Shown here: positions 49,394-58,691 of the stretch, in pieces | How the letters are laid out: every line of letters starts with the position of its first letter | How positions within the stretch are numbered: the first letter of the stretch is position 1 | Origin: an uncultured virus (IMG/VR IMGVR_UViG_3300024308_000022) | Taxonomy: Duplodnaviria; Heunggongvirae; Uroviricota; Caudoviricetes | IMG/VR virus record: IMGVR_UViG_3300024308_000022 | Coordinates: 1 to 64,000 of that record | Strand: one strand, 5' to 3' | Length of the DNA stretch: 64,000 bases | Made by a program: the position numbers and the translations under genes | Notes under the pieces: model-generated | Told to the model about the DNA's origin: nothing | What the model saw: the letters and a program-made list of their open reading frames with translations, nothing else | The model's database searches: none

Positions 49394-49448
49394 AACACGA
49401 GGGAGGTTCACTCCCTCGCTTTATGCGGCAACAAACAAGGAACACGAC

Positions 49449-49808
49449 ATGTTGAGAAAAAGGTTTGAGGTACATCGACTTTCGAAGCTGGTGAATCAAG
49501 CAAAACAGATACTATTTAAGTATGGTATTGACACTGGAAGAACGTTAACTGCTACAGTAACGTTGGTAGAAAGAGGGGTAAGCGAAGTAAAAGCAGAAAT
49601 AGACTGCTTAGCTATGGGATCGGAATACGACCCACCGCGTTTGTTACTGGAGGGGGTCGTCCGTGTGTGGGTCGGTCACGTTCACGGATTTCTGATGACG
49701 CAAAAACCCATCGGAGTGTACGACACTCGTGGAGATACGGGAGAATGGACACGTATCGATTATCTGTTCAGGTACCACATCGTTCGTTTCTGGATTCGTT
49801 TTGAGTAA
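49449..49808 (+). CDS. hypothetical protein
   Basis: AAGGA RBS. Confidence 0.65.
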   Translation: MLRKRFEVHRLSKLVNQAKQILFKYGIDTGRTLTATVTLVERGVSEVKAEIDCLAMGSEYDPPRLLLEGVVRVWVGHVHGFLMTQKPIGVYDTRGDTGEWTRIDYLFRYHIVRFWIRFE

Positions 49809-49813
49809 GCGAC

Positions 49814-50110
49814 ATGGCATTACTCAAAGCGCTACAACTCAAAAGTATCCGACTGGACGTCAGGTACCCCAATGGGAAAGGAAGACAACTCACTGTACGG
49901 GTCGCTAAGCGTTTTGAATCGTTAGACACTAATACGGTACTCGTAAAGAATTTAAACGTCGCTACGGCCCTTGGAGAAGGTTTGGTGACACTTTTATACG
50001 ACCACTCGAGCGGAAAACACTCTGGAAGTTTTAAACCTTTAATCGACCAACCCGGCGTCGTGTGGAACTGGGTGGGAATTAACGCAATAGCAATAGAAAG
50101 GAGACCTTGA
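49814..50110 (+). CDS. small beta-rich protein (paralog of 50927..51238)
   Basis: TALGEGLVTLLY...SGSF. Confidence 0.65.
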   Translation: MALLKALQLKSIRLDVRYPNGKGRQLTVRVAKRFESLDTNTVLVKNLNVATALGEGLVTLLYDHSSGKHSGSFKPLIDQPGVVWNWVGINAIAIERRP

Positions 50111-50907
50111 TGTCAGAGAAAAGAAAGTTAGTCTTGTACAGTGGTGGAATGGATAGTACGCACATACTGCGTCAGTTAGTTTCAAACAAAGAACCGTTTG
50201 ACGTCTTGTATGTTCATACGGCAGTACATCCCTTAAAGAAAAAGAAAGAGTTAGAAGTGAGAGAAAAGTTCTTAGCTTCAATAAGGCAAAAAGAGGACTA
50301 TCCATGGTCGGTACGGGAGTACGAGTGTGAGCTCGACTGGTGGAATTGTTGTAAGAAAGGTGACCGCCTAATACCCCACTGGAATCAACCACAGACGTGG
50401 GCAGTTGCAGCCGCACGGGCGTTTAACCCAGAACGCCATAGTGCGTTAGTAGTCGGGTATTTGATGGAAGAAACAGGAAAACTTCCTATAATCAAACAGC
50501 TTTGGTCTGCGATGTCGCAGCTGAGTTGGGGTGAGGAGTTTCCTCTAGAAGTTCCTTTGGCTTATCTGTCCAAAGAACAAATTTTACGCGACTCACCAGA
50601 CAACGTCTTTGAAACGACGTGGGTGTGTGAGTGTCCTATAGAACGAGAGACTATCCATCGCTGTGGGAACTGCGCCCCCTGTCGTCGTATGGATGCTGCG
50701 TTTCTCACGAAGGGAGTAACGAACCACAACATCAAACGACTCAAAGCGTGGAATGCTCAATTAGAACGCCCTGAAGAAGCAAACCTGTCCGCTGCTTATT
50801 TTGAACAAAAATACGAAGAATCGAACGCTCGTGAGTTAATACGCTCGCCGTTCCCATCTATAAGTTCAGAAGCCGAGTACTGCGCACTCACCAGTACGTA
50901 CGGTTAA
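50107..50907 (+). CDS. queC: QueC-like (7-cyano-7-deazaguanine synthase family) PP-loop ATPase
   Basis: LYSGGMDS PP-loop, PL..LSK..I and TWVC...CGNCAPC zinc site. Confidence 0.85.
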   Translation: MMSEKRKLVLYSGGMDSTHILRQLVSNKEPFDVLYVHTAVHPLKKKKELEVREKFLASIRQKEDYPWSVREYECELDWWNCCKKGDRLIPHWNQPQTWAVAAARAFNPERHSALVVGYLMEETGKLPIIKQLWSAMSQLSWGEEFPLEVPLAYLSKEQILRDSPDNVFETTWVCECPIERETIHRCGNCAPCRRMDAAFLTKGVTNHNIKRLKAWNAQLERPEEANLSAAYFEQKYEESNARELIRSPFPSISSEAEYCALTSTYG

Positions 50908-50926
50908 CCAGAAAGGAATTTTAAAA

Positions 50927-51238
50927 ATGCAATTAAACTACAAAAGCTTTTTATTGACACAGCGCCAGAACGGTGACGTACAAACTGTCGAAGTGTTTGT
51001 AGATCAAACCTTCACGTCAGAAACCGATCACTTAACGGTGGTAGAACATCCACTCCACACTTCGTTTGGTCCTGGTAAACTCACCGTTATGTATCGTCCC
51101 GGCAGTAGAGGAATGCGTAGCTACACCACGGGGAGTTTCTCAGCCCACTGGATGCCTTTGGTGTCAGAGCCCAAAACGACTTACACAGTCGATTCAAATA
51201 CGTTCGAAATCAATAAACAAATTCAAGGAGTACTCTAA
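50927..51238 (+). CDS. small beta-rich protein (paralog of 49814..50110)
   Basis: TSFGPGKLTVMY...TGSF. Confidence 0.65.
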   Translation: MQLNYKSFLLTQRQNGDVQTVEVFVDQTFTSETDHLTVVEHPLHTSFGPGKLTVMYRPGSRGMRSYTTGSFSAHWMPLVSEPKTTYTVDSNTFEINKQIQGVL

Positions 51239-52389
51239 TGACCACCCTGGCAGAAAAGATTCAGGTAGAACTACGTAGTCACGAAATGTTTGCTACAGAA
51301 GACTTTGCGAAATACATGACTAGCGCGTTAGACGCGCGGCTACTCACACCCATCGTCGAATTAGAAGACTGTTACCATCAAGCGTCCATTGCGTTGAATG
51401 AGGGTGCGTTTCTACGTCGCGACTTGGAACAATTCATCCGTGCTGGGCGCGACCACATCAAAATCGCTATCGACAAACAAAGCGATAATTTCTTTATGTC
51501 AGCCCACAGCGTCCGTCAGCTGAAAGAAGCAATGACTGATTTACAGCTGATTCATTGGGTTCCGAGTTACATCCAGGAAGCACAAACCTACGCTCAGGAA
51601 AACATGCCTGGAATGGGAACTCGCTTGACGGTGATGTGGAAGTGGAATACAGTACCCATCGAACGGATGGCTTCCAGAGAATGGCATTTGATCGCGAGGT
51701 ACATGAGCGAGTACAAAGCGTCTTTGCAGGAAAACAGAGTGGCTGACACCACAAAGTTCCACGGGGAGTCAACTACGTTTGGTCAAGCGCCAAAGAGTGG
51801 CTTGGCGTTACAGTTAGAAAAACTAGGCAGTAAGAAAATAGAAGAGTTGGTGAAAGTGAATCCTTCTATCGCCCAAGAGCAACAGACGTCCGCGGTAGAA
51901 GAACAAGACGTGGTGGAAGAAGACACGACGGTGCTTTCCGATGAGTTACGGGATGAGCTCGAATTCCAACACCTGTTGAATAAAGAACGTAGTGAACAAG
52001 TCAGGTTCTCGATGATGGTTGCACAGCGTTACTTAAACAAAGCGCGTAACGCGATGCGTCGTGAGTTAGAGTTTGCGTTAACGATTGATGACTTTACCAC
52101 ACTGATGCGTAGTCATGTGTGTTACTACACACGCCAACCTTTAGTGACACAGTTTTCAGAAGAGGACATTCGCTTACGTCGTATTCCAGAGAACTACTTG
52201 TCAATTGAACGGTTAGACTCCAATAAAGGGTATACTCGTGACAATACGGTGGTGTGTAGTCACTCCATCAACGTCACTAAACAAAGCAGCACAGAAGCAG
52301 AGTTTAGACAGATCCTGAGTATTTCCCAGCTGATGTCAAACTTAACAGAAGAGCAAAAACGGATGCTATTGCAATTGAACAAAATGTAA
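51238..52389 (+). CDS. protein with C-terminal T4 Srd-like / degenerate HNH domain
   Basis: A.RRELEF.L...CYYT...LSIERLDSNKGYTRDN.V....IN resembles T4 Srd as recalled. Confidence 0.6.
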   Translation: MTTLAEKIQVELRSHEMFATEDFAKYMTSALDARLLTPIVELEDCYHQASIALNEGAFLRRDLEQFIRAGRDHIKIAIDKQSDNFFMSAHSVRQLKEAMTDLQLIHWVPSYIQEAQTYAQENMPGMGTRLTVMWKWNTVPIERMASREWHLIARYMSEYKASLQENRVADTTKFHGESTTFGQAPKSGLALQLEKLGSKKIEELVKVNPSIAQEQQTSAVEEQDVVEEDTTVLSDELRDELEFQHLLNKERSEQVRFSMMVAQRYLNKARNAMRRELEFALTIDDFTTLMRSHVCYYTRQPLVTQFSEEDIRLRRIPENYLSIERLDSNKGYTRDNTVVCSHSINVTKQSSTEAEFRQILSISQLMSNLTEEQKRMLLQLNKM

Positions 52390-52401
52390 GGAGGCCAGAA
52401 A

Positions 52402-52851
52402 GTGACTTGTATGTTTGCTATGCCTCACATCGAGTACCGGCGAGGGGAAGAACAGCCGTTCCATCACGTGGTCTTACACTTAGCAAACAGACAGAGTGTG
52501 GTACAACCCACACTCTTTTCTGTCGCACCGCTACTGTGCGTAGACCCTAACCTACACAACACCGCGTATGACGAGTACAGCGAATGTATTTTCTACACCC
52601 AACCTGCAATGCTAGTAGGGAGGTCTTTATTCCAACAACACATCGCGTGGAGAGACGGAGTGTTGTCTGGTGCTACTGCGTACGTACACCCTCCTAAACC
52701 CATAGACTTGTACATACAACTCCGTGGGGAGTGGACGAGAGCTGGTGGGTTTATCCCGTTGGTGGTAGACCACCCGCATGGGTTGGAATTCGACACCACA
52801 GTGGCGCTCATTGGGCTTTTAAATGCATTAGCCCTTTGGAGGGAGTTATGA
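52402..52851 (+). CDS. hypothetical protein (VQPxLFxVAP paralog 1)
   Basis: AGGAGG RBS; motif shared with the next gene. Confidence 0.7.
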   Translation: MTCMFAMPHIEYRRGEEQPFHHVVLHLANRQSVVQPTLFSVAPLLCVDPNLHNTAYDEYSECIFYTQPAMLVGRSLFQQHIAWRDGVLSGATAYVHPPKPIDLYIQLRGEWTRAGGFIPLVVDHPHGLEFDTTVALIGLLNALALWREL

Positions 52852-53279
52852 AAATAAAAACAGTGCATGCGTGGGTCTTTGAGCACGAACGTCCTGTGTG
52901 CACGATTGCCCAACTGAAAGAAGGAGTACAACTCCCAGTCCAACCCGACTTGTTCTGTGTGGCTCCTATGTTCTCTGTAGACCTACACGCGAATAGTGAG
53001 GTAGGAGACCATCCGTTTTCGGTTGCGCACCCCTCTTACTCAGGAATGTTTGCCGATACGATTCCGTTTCTACAGCCTCTGGCGTACATACCAGACCGCA
53101 GATCAACGATGTTGTATTGCTCGCCTGCGGTGCTAGATCGTACGTCGTTGTACTTGGGGTACAACCACAGACAGTCGTTCAACACCCCCCACGACAAGCA
53201 GGTCTTCGAATACGTTACGAACACTCAGAAGTCAACCAAACGCTCTTTGGAACTAGCGATTATTCTGGGGGATTTATGA
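52848..53279 (+). CDS. hypothetical protein (VQPxLFxVAP paralog 2)
   Basis: Coupled ATGA start after GGAGGGAG. Confidence 0.7.
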   Translation: MKIKTVHAWVFEHERPVCTIAQLKEGVQLPVQPDLFCVAPMFSVDLHANSEVGDHPFSVAHPSYSGMFADTIPFLQPLAYIPDRRSTMLYCSPAVLDRTSLYLGYNHRQSFNTPHDKQVFEYVTNTQKSTKRSLELAIILGDL

Positions 53280-54652
53280 TCGCTGAGGACGCCGACCCGC
53301 TGATACCGGAGATCGTTTACGACCGTACCATCCCTCTGGGAGATTTCAAACAGTGGCGGTGGTTACTCCAAGCGGTCACAGGAACGGTGTTTTGCGAAGA
53401 CATCGAGTTATACTCTCGATACGACGTAGAAACACTCTATACCGCGTGTAGGTTCAGCCACAGTAACGACATCCAAATCATTTTAACACGACCGACTCTC
53501 GTAGATCCCACCAACTCGGACTACGAGGATATACTTAAATTTCATTACTTAAACCTCTTAGGAGAGCTCATGCAAACTATTCAAAACTTAGCCTTCGTAC
53601 GTACCGCCGAAGAACTTATCGCTTTACGTGCCATGACGGGTGTGTTACGTATCAACGAACATCACTTCGCGAATAACGTATCCACAGCGTTTACCGACTT
53701 TGATTACCTACAAAAAGGATACAACCGCGGAGCACTTAAATCCACGGTGGTGTTCTTAAAAGAGTTAGGTTACTTGGTAGAAAGCCGTGATTCCGGTGCC
53801 GACTCCTTTGCAATCAATGCATTCTATATCACAGAACTCGACCTAGGTCACAAGTTCATGGTTGCCGCAATTCACATTTCGGTGAGTTCTGAAAAACTCA
53901 GATACGCGAGCTACGTTGCAGACGGACACGACGTAAAAGAGTCGAAGATCATCGCATTTTTGGAACAATACAAATCGACTCCTCCAACAACGATAAATTA
54001 CGTAGTAGGGTTTACACCAAACGGTGAAGCGGATATCACAATTCGTGTCGTGGACGAAAACTTCAATCCGCCGAAAGATATGTTCTATCCATATCTGGAA
54101 GGCGGTTTGGATGGCGTTACCGAATCGTTCTTAGACGACAAAAACAACTTGTTGTTGCTGATCGGCCCTCCAGGTACAGGCAAGTCTACGTTGTTGCGGC
54201 ACTTATGTCGTAGTGCGGGCGAACGGAAAATCTACCAATTCTGCGGTGAGAAAGTGTTGACGCACCCAGCGTTTGATGCATATCTGACGAAGATACCAGA
54301 AAACTCACTAGTCTTAATCGAAGAAGCTGACACCTTAATCGGTAAACGTGAAGAAGGGAACACCAGCATCTCAACGTTACTGAATGAGTTGTCTGGAGTG
54401 ACTGTACGCGACGTTAAGTTTGTAATCACCACGAACTTAGAAAACACGAAAATGATAGAGCCGGCATTGTTCCGTCCGGGTCGTTGTTACGCATTGAAAC
54501 AATTCAAACACCTAACGCGCGATCAAGCTGCGGTGATTGTTGCGGAGTTAAACTTACCGGAAGACCGCATTCGGGATAACGTAAGTTTAGCGGATGTTTT
54601 AGATGGTCCAAACGCTGCAGAGCTGACCGCGGGCCCTGGCTTTCGTGTGTAG
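53276..54652 (+). CDS. AAA+ ATPase (paralog 1)
   Basis: Walker A GPPGTGKS, Walker B LIEEAD, sensor TTN and PALFRPGR arginine finger. Confidence 0.9.
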   Translation: MIAEDADPLIPEIVYDRTIPLGDFKQWRWLLQAVTGTVFCEDIELYSRYDVETLYTACRFSHSNDIQIILTRPTLVDPTNSDYEDILKFHYLNLLGELMQTIQNLAFVRTAEELIALRAMTGVLRINEHHFANNVSTAFTDFDYLQKGYNRGALKSTVVFLKELGYLVESRDSGADSFAINAFYITELDLGHKFMVAAIHISVSSEKLRYASYVADGHDVKESKIIAFLEQYKSTPPTTINYVVGFTPNGEADITIRVVDENFNPPKDMFYPYLEGGLDGVTESFLDDKNNLLLLIGPPGTGKSTLLRHLCRSAGERKIYQFCGEKVLTHPAFDAYLTKIPENSLVLIEEADTLIGKREEGNTSISTLLNELSGVTVRDVKFVITTNLENTKMIEPALFRPGRCYALKQFKHLTRDQAAVIVAELNLPEDRIRDNVSLADVLDGPNAAELTAGPGFRV

Positions 54653-54697
54653 TTAGAACTACAGGGGAGGGTTTCCTCCCCTGTCGATTTAGAGGAG

Positions 54698-56164
54698 ATG
54701 CATATGGACCCTTCAGGGTGGAAATCCCTACGAAGAACTATCGAAAGACCCATGATGCCGAATTGGGAATTCGCAAGCTACGACGCCGAGTGGACCGATT
54801 TATTAGAACCGATCGCGAAAGAAAATCTTCCGTTGAGGCGGTCTGTCTCAAGTCTACCCTCCGTCCCCGTCAACTTTGATCATTTCGATTTTAATAGACT
54901 GGGAGGGATCGACCTAACCTGCAAAGCGTTCTTAGTTATACCCGGAACGCCTGTCGTTGGTATCTCGACTGCACTGCACCTTAAAACAGTTGACAAAAGT
55001 AGACCGGCGGCTACATCACACATGGCCGATGTGGGTTTCACCAACCCTTGGTTCTTTTTCACAGCGTATCTCAACGGAGATTTTTCAGAAATGACACACA
55101 CTCGCTTACAAATCACTACGTTCTCCGATATCATGTCACTACGTGCTATCACTGGAGTACTTCGAATCGTAGAACACCATTTGGCGAATGGTATTTCTAC
55201 GGGGTTTTTGGAAAGACGTTTTGCCTGCCAAGAATTTACCCTAGAGACGGTAGAGGAAATAGCACAATACCTCGAAAGTTTAGAGTACGTGATCGAGTAC
55301 TCGTTCGATAAAGACTTGCCTGGTTTTAACGCATACCGCAAACGCATTCATGGCGACAACGAAATCTTAACGTCTGCGATCCGTGTGAACGTTAACGGGA
55401 CGAAGTTTGTGTATGCGGCTTACTTCGAACGCAAGGACCAGCCGAAGATCTTACAAGAGCTCGAGTGGTTTAAGAAGTGGGAAGTTGAACAGCCCGTGAA
55501 GCTGTCGTTGTTAACGAACATCGACTGTAACGGTAAGGGTACTGTAACCACGCGTGAGATTGTTCCTGGAAAGAACATACCACACGACGTCAACTACCCT
55601 TACTTAGACGGTGGAGTGGATGCTTACATAGAGGGCTTCTTCCAGTCTAACGCAAACATGACCTTACTGTTAGGTCCTTACGGGACTGGGAAGAGTTCGT
55701 TATTAGCACAGATCTGTCGCGCGGGTGACAGCAAAGGTTACCGTCTGTTACAAATCGGTGGTACGCACCATTTACGTAACGCAATGTTTCCCGCGTACTT
55801 TATGTCGATTCCAGATAACACGTTGGTGATCTTCGAAGACGTAGATACGTTACTTGCGCCTAGAGAAGGGCAGGACGGTAATGAGCTGATGTCGATGTTG
55901 TTAAACGAGTTACAGGGTATCGCTTCTAAAAAGATCAAATTGGTGATCACCACAAACTTATCCACGCGTAACAAAATAGACCAAGCACTGATACGTCCTG
56001 GTCGTTGTTACAAAGCGGTAGAAACCCGCGAGCTGACCTCACATGAGGCAACACGCGTTGTGAACCATTACGAGTTACCAGAGTCCTGTGCGACTGCTGG
56101 TACTTTAGCAGAAATCTTCGAAGGAAGAATGAAAAAGGTTCGTGTGGGTTTCTCACCGGAGTAA
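54698..56164 (+). CDS. AAA+ ATPase (paralog 2)
   Basis: GPYGTGKS, IFEDVD, TTN and ALIRPGR. Confidence 0.9.
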   Translation: MHMDPSGWKSLRRTIERPMMPNWEFASYDAEWTDLLEPIAKENLPLRRSVSSLPSVPVNFDHFDFNRLGGIDLTCKAFLVIPGTPVVGISTALHLKTVDKSRPAATSHMADVGFTNPWFFFTAYLNGDFSEMTHTRLQITTFSDIMSLRAITGVLRIVEHHLANGISTGFLERRFACQEFTLETVEEIAQYLESLEYVIEYSFDKDLPGFNAYRKRIHGDNEILTSAIRVNVNGTKFVYAAYFERKDQPKILQELEWFKKWEVEQPVKLSLLTNIDCNGKGTVTTREIVPGKNIPHDVNYPYLDGGVDAYIEGFFQSNANMTLLLGPYGTGKSSLLAQICRAGDSKGYRLLQIGGTHHLRNAMFPAYFMSIPDNTLVIFEDVDTLLAPREGQDGNELMSMLLNELQGIASKKIKLVITTNLSTRNKIDQALIRPGRCYKAVETRELTSHEATRVVNHYELPESCATAGTLAEIFEGRMKKVRVGFSPE

Positions 56165-56193
56165 TTAAACACTAAACCGAATGGAGTGTTCGG

Positions 56194-56517
56194 ATGAACC
56201 AGAAAGTGGGACGACTAAAAGAAAGACATCGCGGTGTTGAAGATGCATTGGAATTGGAACGTAGTACATTGTCCGATAACATGCCATCAAAAACCTACGA
56301 GATTTGGGTAGAAGGGTACGCATGTACCGGGCAGTCCGCTGGAGCGAGTCTGGTGGGGACTTCTGAAGGACGTACCTTCCGTGAAGCGTGTCTGGCCTAT
56401 GCCGTAAGTAAGAAACACGAAGACGGGTTTATCAACTATTTCAACCCAGTTGATTGTTCGTACTGGGGGTGTCGTTGGTTTGATAACGAAACGGACGCAC
56501 GAAAATCGTTCGGCTGA
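56194..56517 (+). CDS. conserved phage hypothetical protein
   Basis: IWVEGYACTG...FREAC...YWGCRWFDNE..ARKSFG. Confidence 0.7.
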   Translation: MNQKVGRLKERHRGVEDALELERSTLSDNMPSKTYEIWVEGYACTGQSAGASLVGTSEGRTFREACLAYAVSKKHEDGFINYFNPVDCSYWGCRWFDNETDARKSFG

Positions 56518-56573
56518 TCGAAACAAACCGTTAGCACTGAGAGGGGAGAGTTTACCCCCAATTAAAAATAATA

Positions 56574-56603
56574 AAAAGAGGGAGTCGAAACTCCCTCTTT
56601 TTT
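56574..56603. terminator. bidirectional intrinsic terminator
   Basis: AAAAGAGGGAGT-CGAA-ACTCCCTCTTTTTT. Confidence 0.85.
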
Positions 56604-57195
56604 GACATCGAAGGAATATCACATGGCGTGTACATCATCTTGTCTTAAGTTCTGTATTTGTACAGAAAGTTTTACTCACTTAAACAACGGGGAACTTGGC
56701 AGTTTAATCGATCGTCTAACAACCTTGCAAAATGAAGCGCTTTACTTTCGTAGAGTCGCAGAAAGCTTTCTAGCTTGGTATGGGGTGATGTATCGCGCGG
56801 TCATCGAAGATGTTGCCGACGAGCATTTCAAACCACCAGCGTGGTTAAACTGGGCGCAAGTAAGCCTCACTGAAGCTGCTTTGCATGGGTATTTGAATTG
56901 TGGTGACTGTGGTCTCTTTGCGCTAAGTGTGGGGGAAGTACTCAGGCGCCGCGGGCTCCCAGTGGAGTGGTGGGACAACGGAGCACACGTTTATTTTAGT
57001 GTTGGCGAAAAATACTACGACAGCTTCACATACCTCACTGGGAAGACGCACACCTCCCACAAACAAATGTTTGGGTTTGATGAGTCCCGACGACCAAACC
57101 CTATAGATCCCGCAGATATTGAAGTTCGATGTCGTTTACAAAAACAAGACTTAGAATTCTTCGAGGTCTTTTTAATGGAGCAACAAAAATGTTAG
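56602..57195 (+). CDS. hypothetical protein, possible papain/transglutaminase-like Cys-His-Asp triad
   Basis: NCGDCGLFA...AHVYF....YYDS; start may be the downstream MACTSS ATG. Confidence 0.5.
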   Translation: MTSKEYHMACTSSCLKFCICTESFTHLNNGELGSLIDRLTTLQNEALYFRRVAESFLAWYGVMYRAVIEDVADEHFKPPAWLNWAQVSLTEAALHGYLNCGDCGLFALSVGEVLRRRGLPVEWWDNGAHVYFSVGEKYYDSFTYLTGKTHTSHKQMFGFDESRRPNPIDPADIEVRCRLQKQDLEFFEVFLMEQQKC

Positions 57196-57283
57196 TGTTT
57201 CAACAGTTCGCGGAAGTTTAGATGGAGGTTTGTATGCTGCCTTTAATTAAAATGTTGCGGAATAGTGCGAAGGAGTACTCGAA

Positions 57284-57772
57284 ATGACGCTATCATCTAC
57301 GTTACAAACGGAAGCAAAACTATGGTGGGGCGTGTGTAAAGAACTCGGAAGTGCAGTTTTTCTGCTGGTTAATTTTCTACGCTGCTCGCATCGTTTACTG
57401 TTTCCAAATCCATGGAGACGTGTACAGGAACAGCGTTTACAGAACGCTCTCACGTATATGCCTGCGATGTGTGTGGCGCGTAAAGGAGGGGAGCTTGGGA
57501 GAAACACCACACGGTTAAAATTGTGGCGGTATACTGATATGGAGCTGAATCAGTTAGCGTATGAAGTCTCACGGATGTGTCGCACGTGTTATGCGCGTAG
57601 AACTATCTACGTGATGGGTGGGTGTGACTGTAACTTACGTGACCTGATGCGACGGATGCGGGAAGTTTGTAAACGCGATGGTTTAACTGCTACCTTGTCA
57701 TCGATGCGTTCAAGGGAAAGCAGAAATTTCACGTTCCATTCGAAACCACTGCGGGTTTGTTTCATTTACTAA
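57284..57772 (+). CDS. hypothetical protein
   Basis: AAGGAG RBS; basic and Cys-rich. Confidence 0.45.
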   Translation: MTLSSTLQTEAKLWWGVCKELGSAVFLLVNFLRCSHRLLFPNPWRRVQEQRLQNALTYMPAMCVARKGGELGRNTTRLKLWRYTDMELNQLAYEVSRMCRTCYARRTIYVMGGCDCNLRDLMRRMREVCKRDGLTATLSSMRSRESRNFTFHSKPLRVCFIY

Positions 57773-58497
57773 AGTGGTACGGGAAATTTCAATCGCCGCC
57801 GGACACGACGTACGCCCAGACGAACTTACGTAAAGGGGCGTGTTTAACCACCGCTGAAGGGCATAAACCACAGAAATGGTTTCATATCGACGTTGTTGTA
57901 GAACACGACCCTATCGCGATACTCAGAGCATGCTATCACGGTATTGGTTACTGTGTGGTTATCCCCGATACTACGATCCGCGCTGGTGGCGCTGAAGCAA
58001 CTTTGCTATTCCTAGCAAACACACACGGTGTAAAAGAAGCCACTCGTGCGTTATGGGAATGCAGCAAAATGTTTGATACACCGGTCGCGATAGACCCTTA
58101 CTTACCAAAAGGGTACACGACGATAATGTTAGGTGATCTGAACGGATTTGCTGTAGCAAAGGGGATTCCGATAGATGTCGTTACACGGGAGTTGGAGAAA
58201 TACGAATTTCCTTTAGAGAAAACGTTTCACGCCGAATACGGACGCCCTATCCGCACGCCTGAGATGTCAGACGAGGAATGGGAGCGTCGTGCGTTTGAAG
58301 TTAAACCTGAGCGTGTTGGGGCTACAGTAGAACTTACTCGCGTACATCCACACACGTATGTAGCTCACGTACAACCAATCACCCAGACGGCGTATGAAGG
58401 TATACAGAAAGGGGAGGTGAAAATGGGTTTACGTGGAATCCAAACAGCAGACGGTAGCTTTAAGTTAATCACAATCGACTTAATCCCAGCGGAGTAG
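57757..58497 (+). CDS. hypothetical protein (start uncertain)
   Basis: 246-aa ORF. Confidence 0.55.
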   Translation: MFHLLKWYGKFQSPPDTTYAQTNLRKGACLTTAEGHKPQKWFHIDVVVEHDPIAILRACYHGIGYCVVIPDTTIRAGGAEATLLFLANTHGVKEATRALWECSKMFDTPVAIDPYLPKGYTTIMLGDLNGFAVAKGIPIDVVTRELEKYEFPLEKTFHAEYGRPIRTPEMSDEEWERRAFEVKPERVGATVELTRVHPHTYVAHVQPITQTAYEGIQKGEVKMGLRGIQTADGSFKLITIDLIPAE

Positions 58498-58499
58498 CG

Positions 58500-58691
58500 A
58501 TGAATAAAGCAACTATCACTTACCAACACCCTCAACACGGGGAACTGTGTATCGCTCCGGGTTCTGAAGCACATGAACTCTGGAAAAACCGTAAGTTCGA
58601 CGCGTTAAACAAACACCTGACGTTAGCGGTAGAGACGTACAGGAAGTTAGCTAATAGAGGGAACTCACTTCCATTGGGAGACAAAACATGA
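58500..58691 (+). CDS. small hypothetical protein
   Basis: GGAG RBS; APGSEAHELW. Confidence 0.65.
   Translation: MNKATITYQHPQHGELCIAPGSEAHELWKNRKFDALNKHLTLAVETYRKLANRGNSLPLGDKT

Noticed and set aside
50107..50907. Complete 7-deazaguanine DNA-modification cluster
   Set aside because: No folE, queD, queE or dpdA is recognisable in the window; they cannot be excluded elsewhere in the genome.
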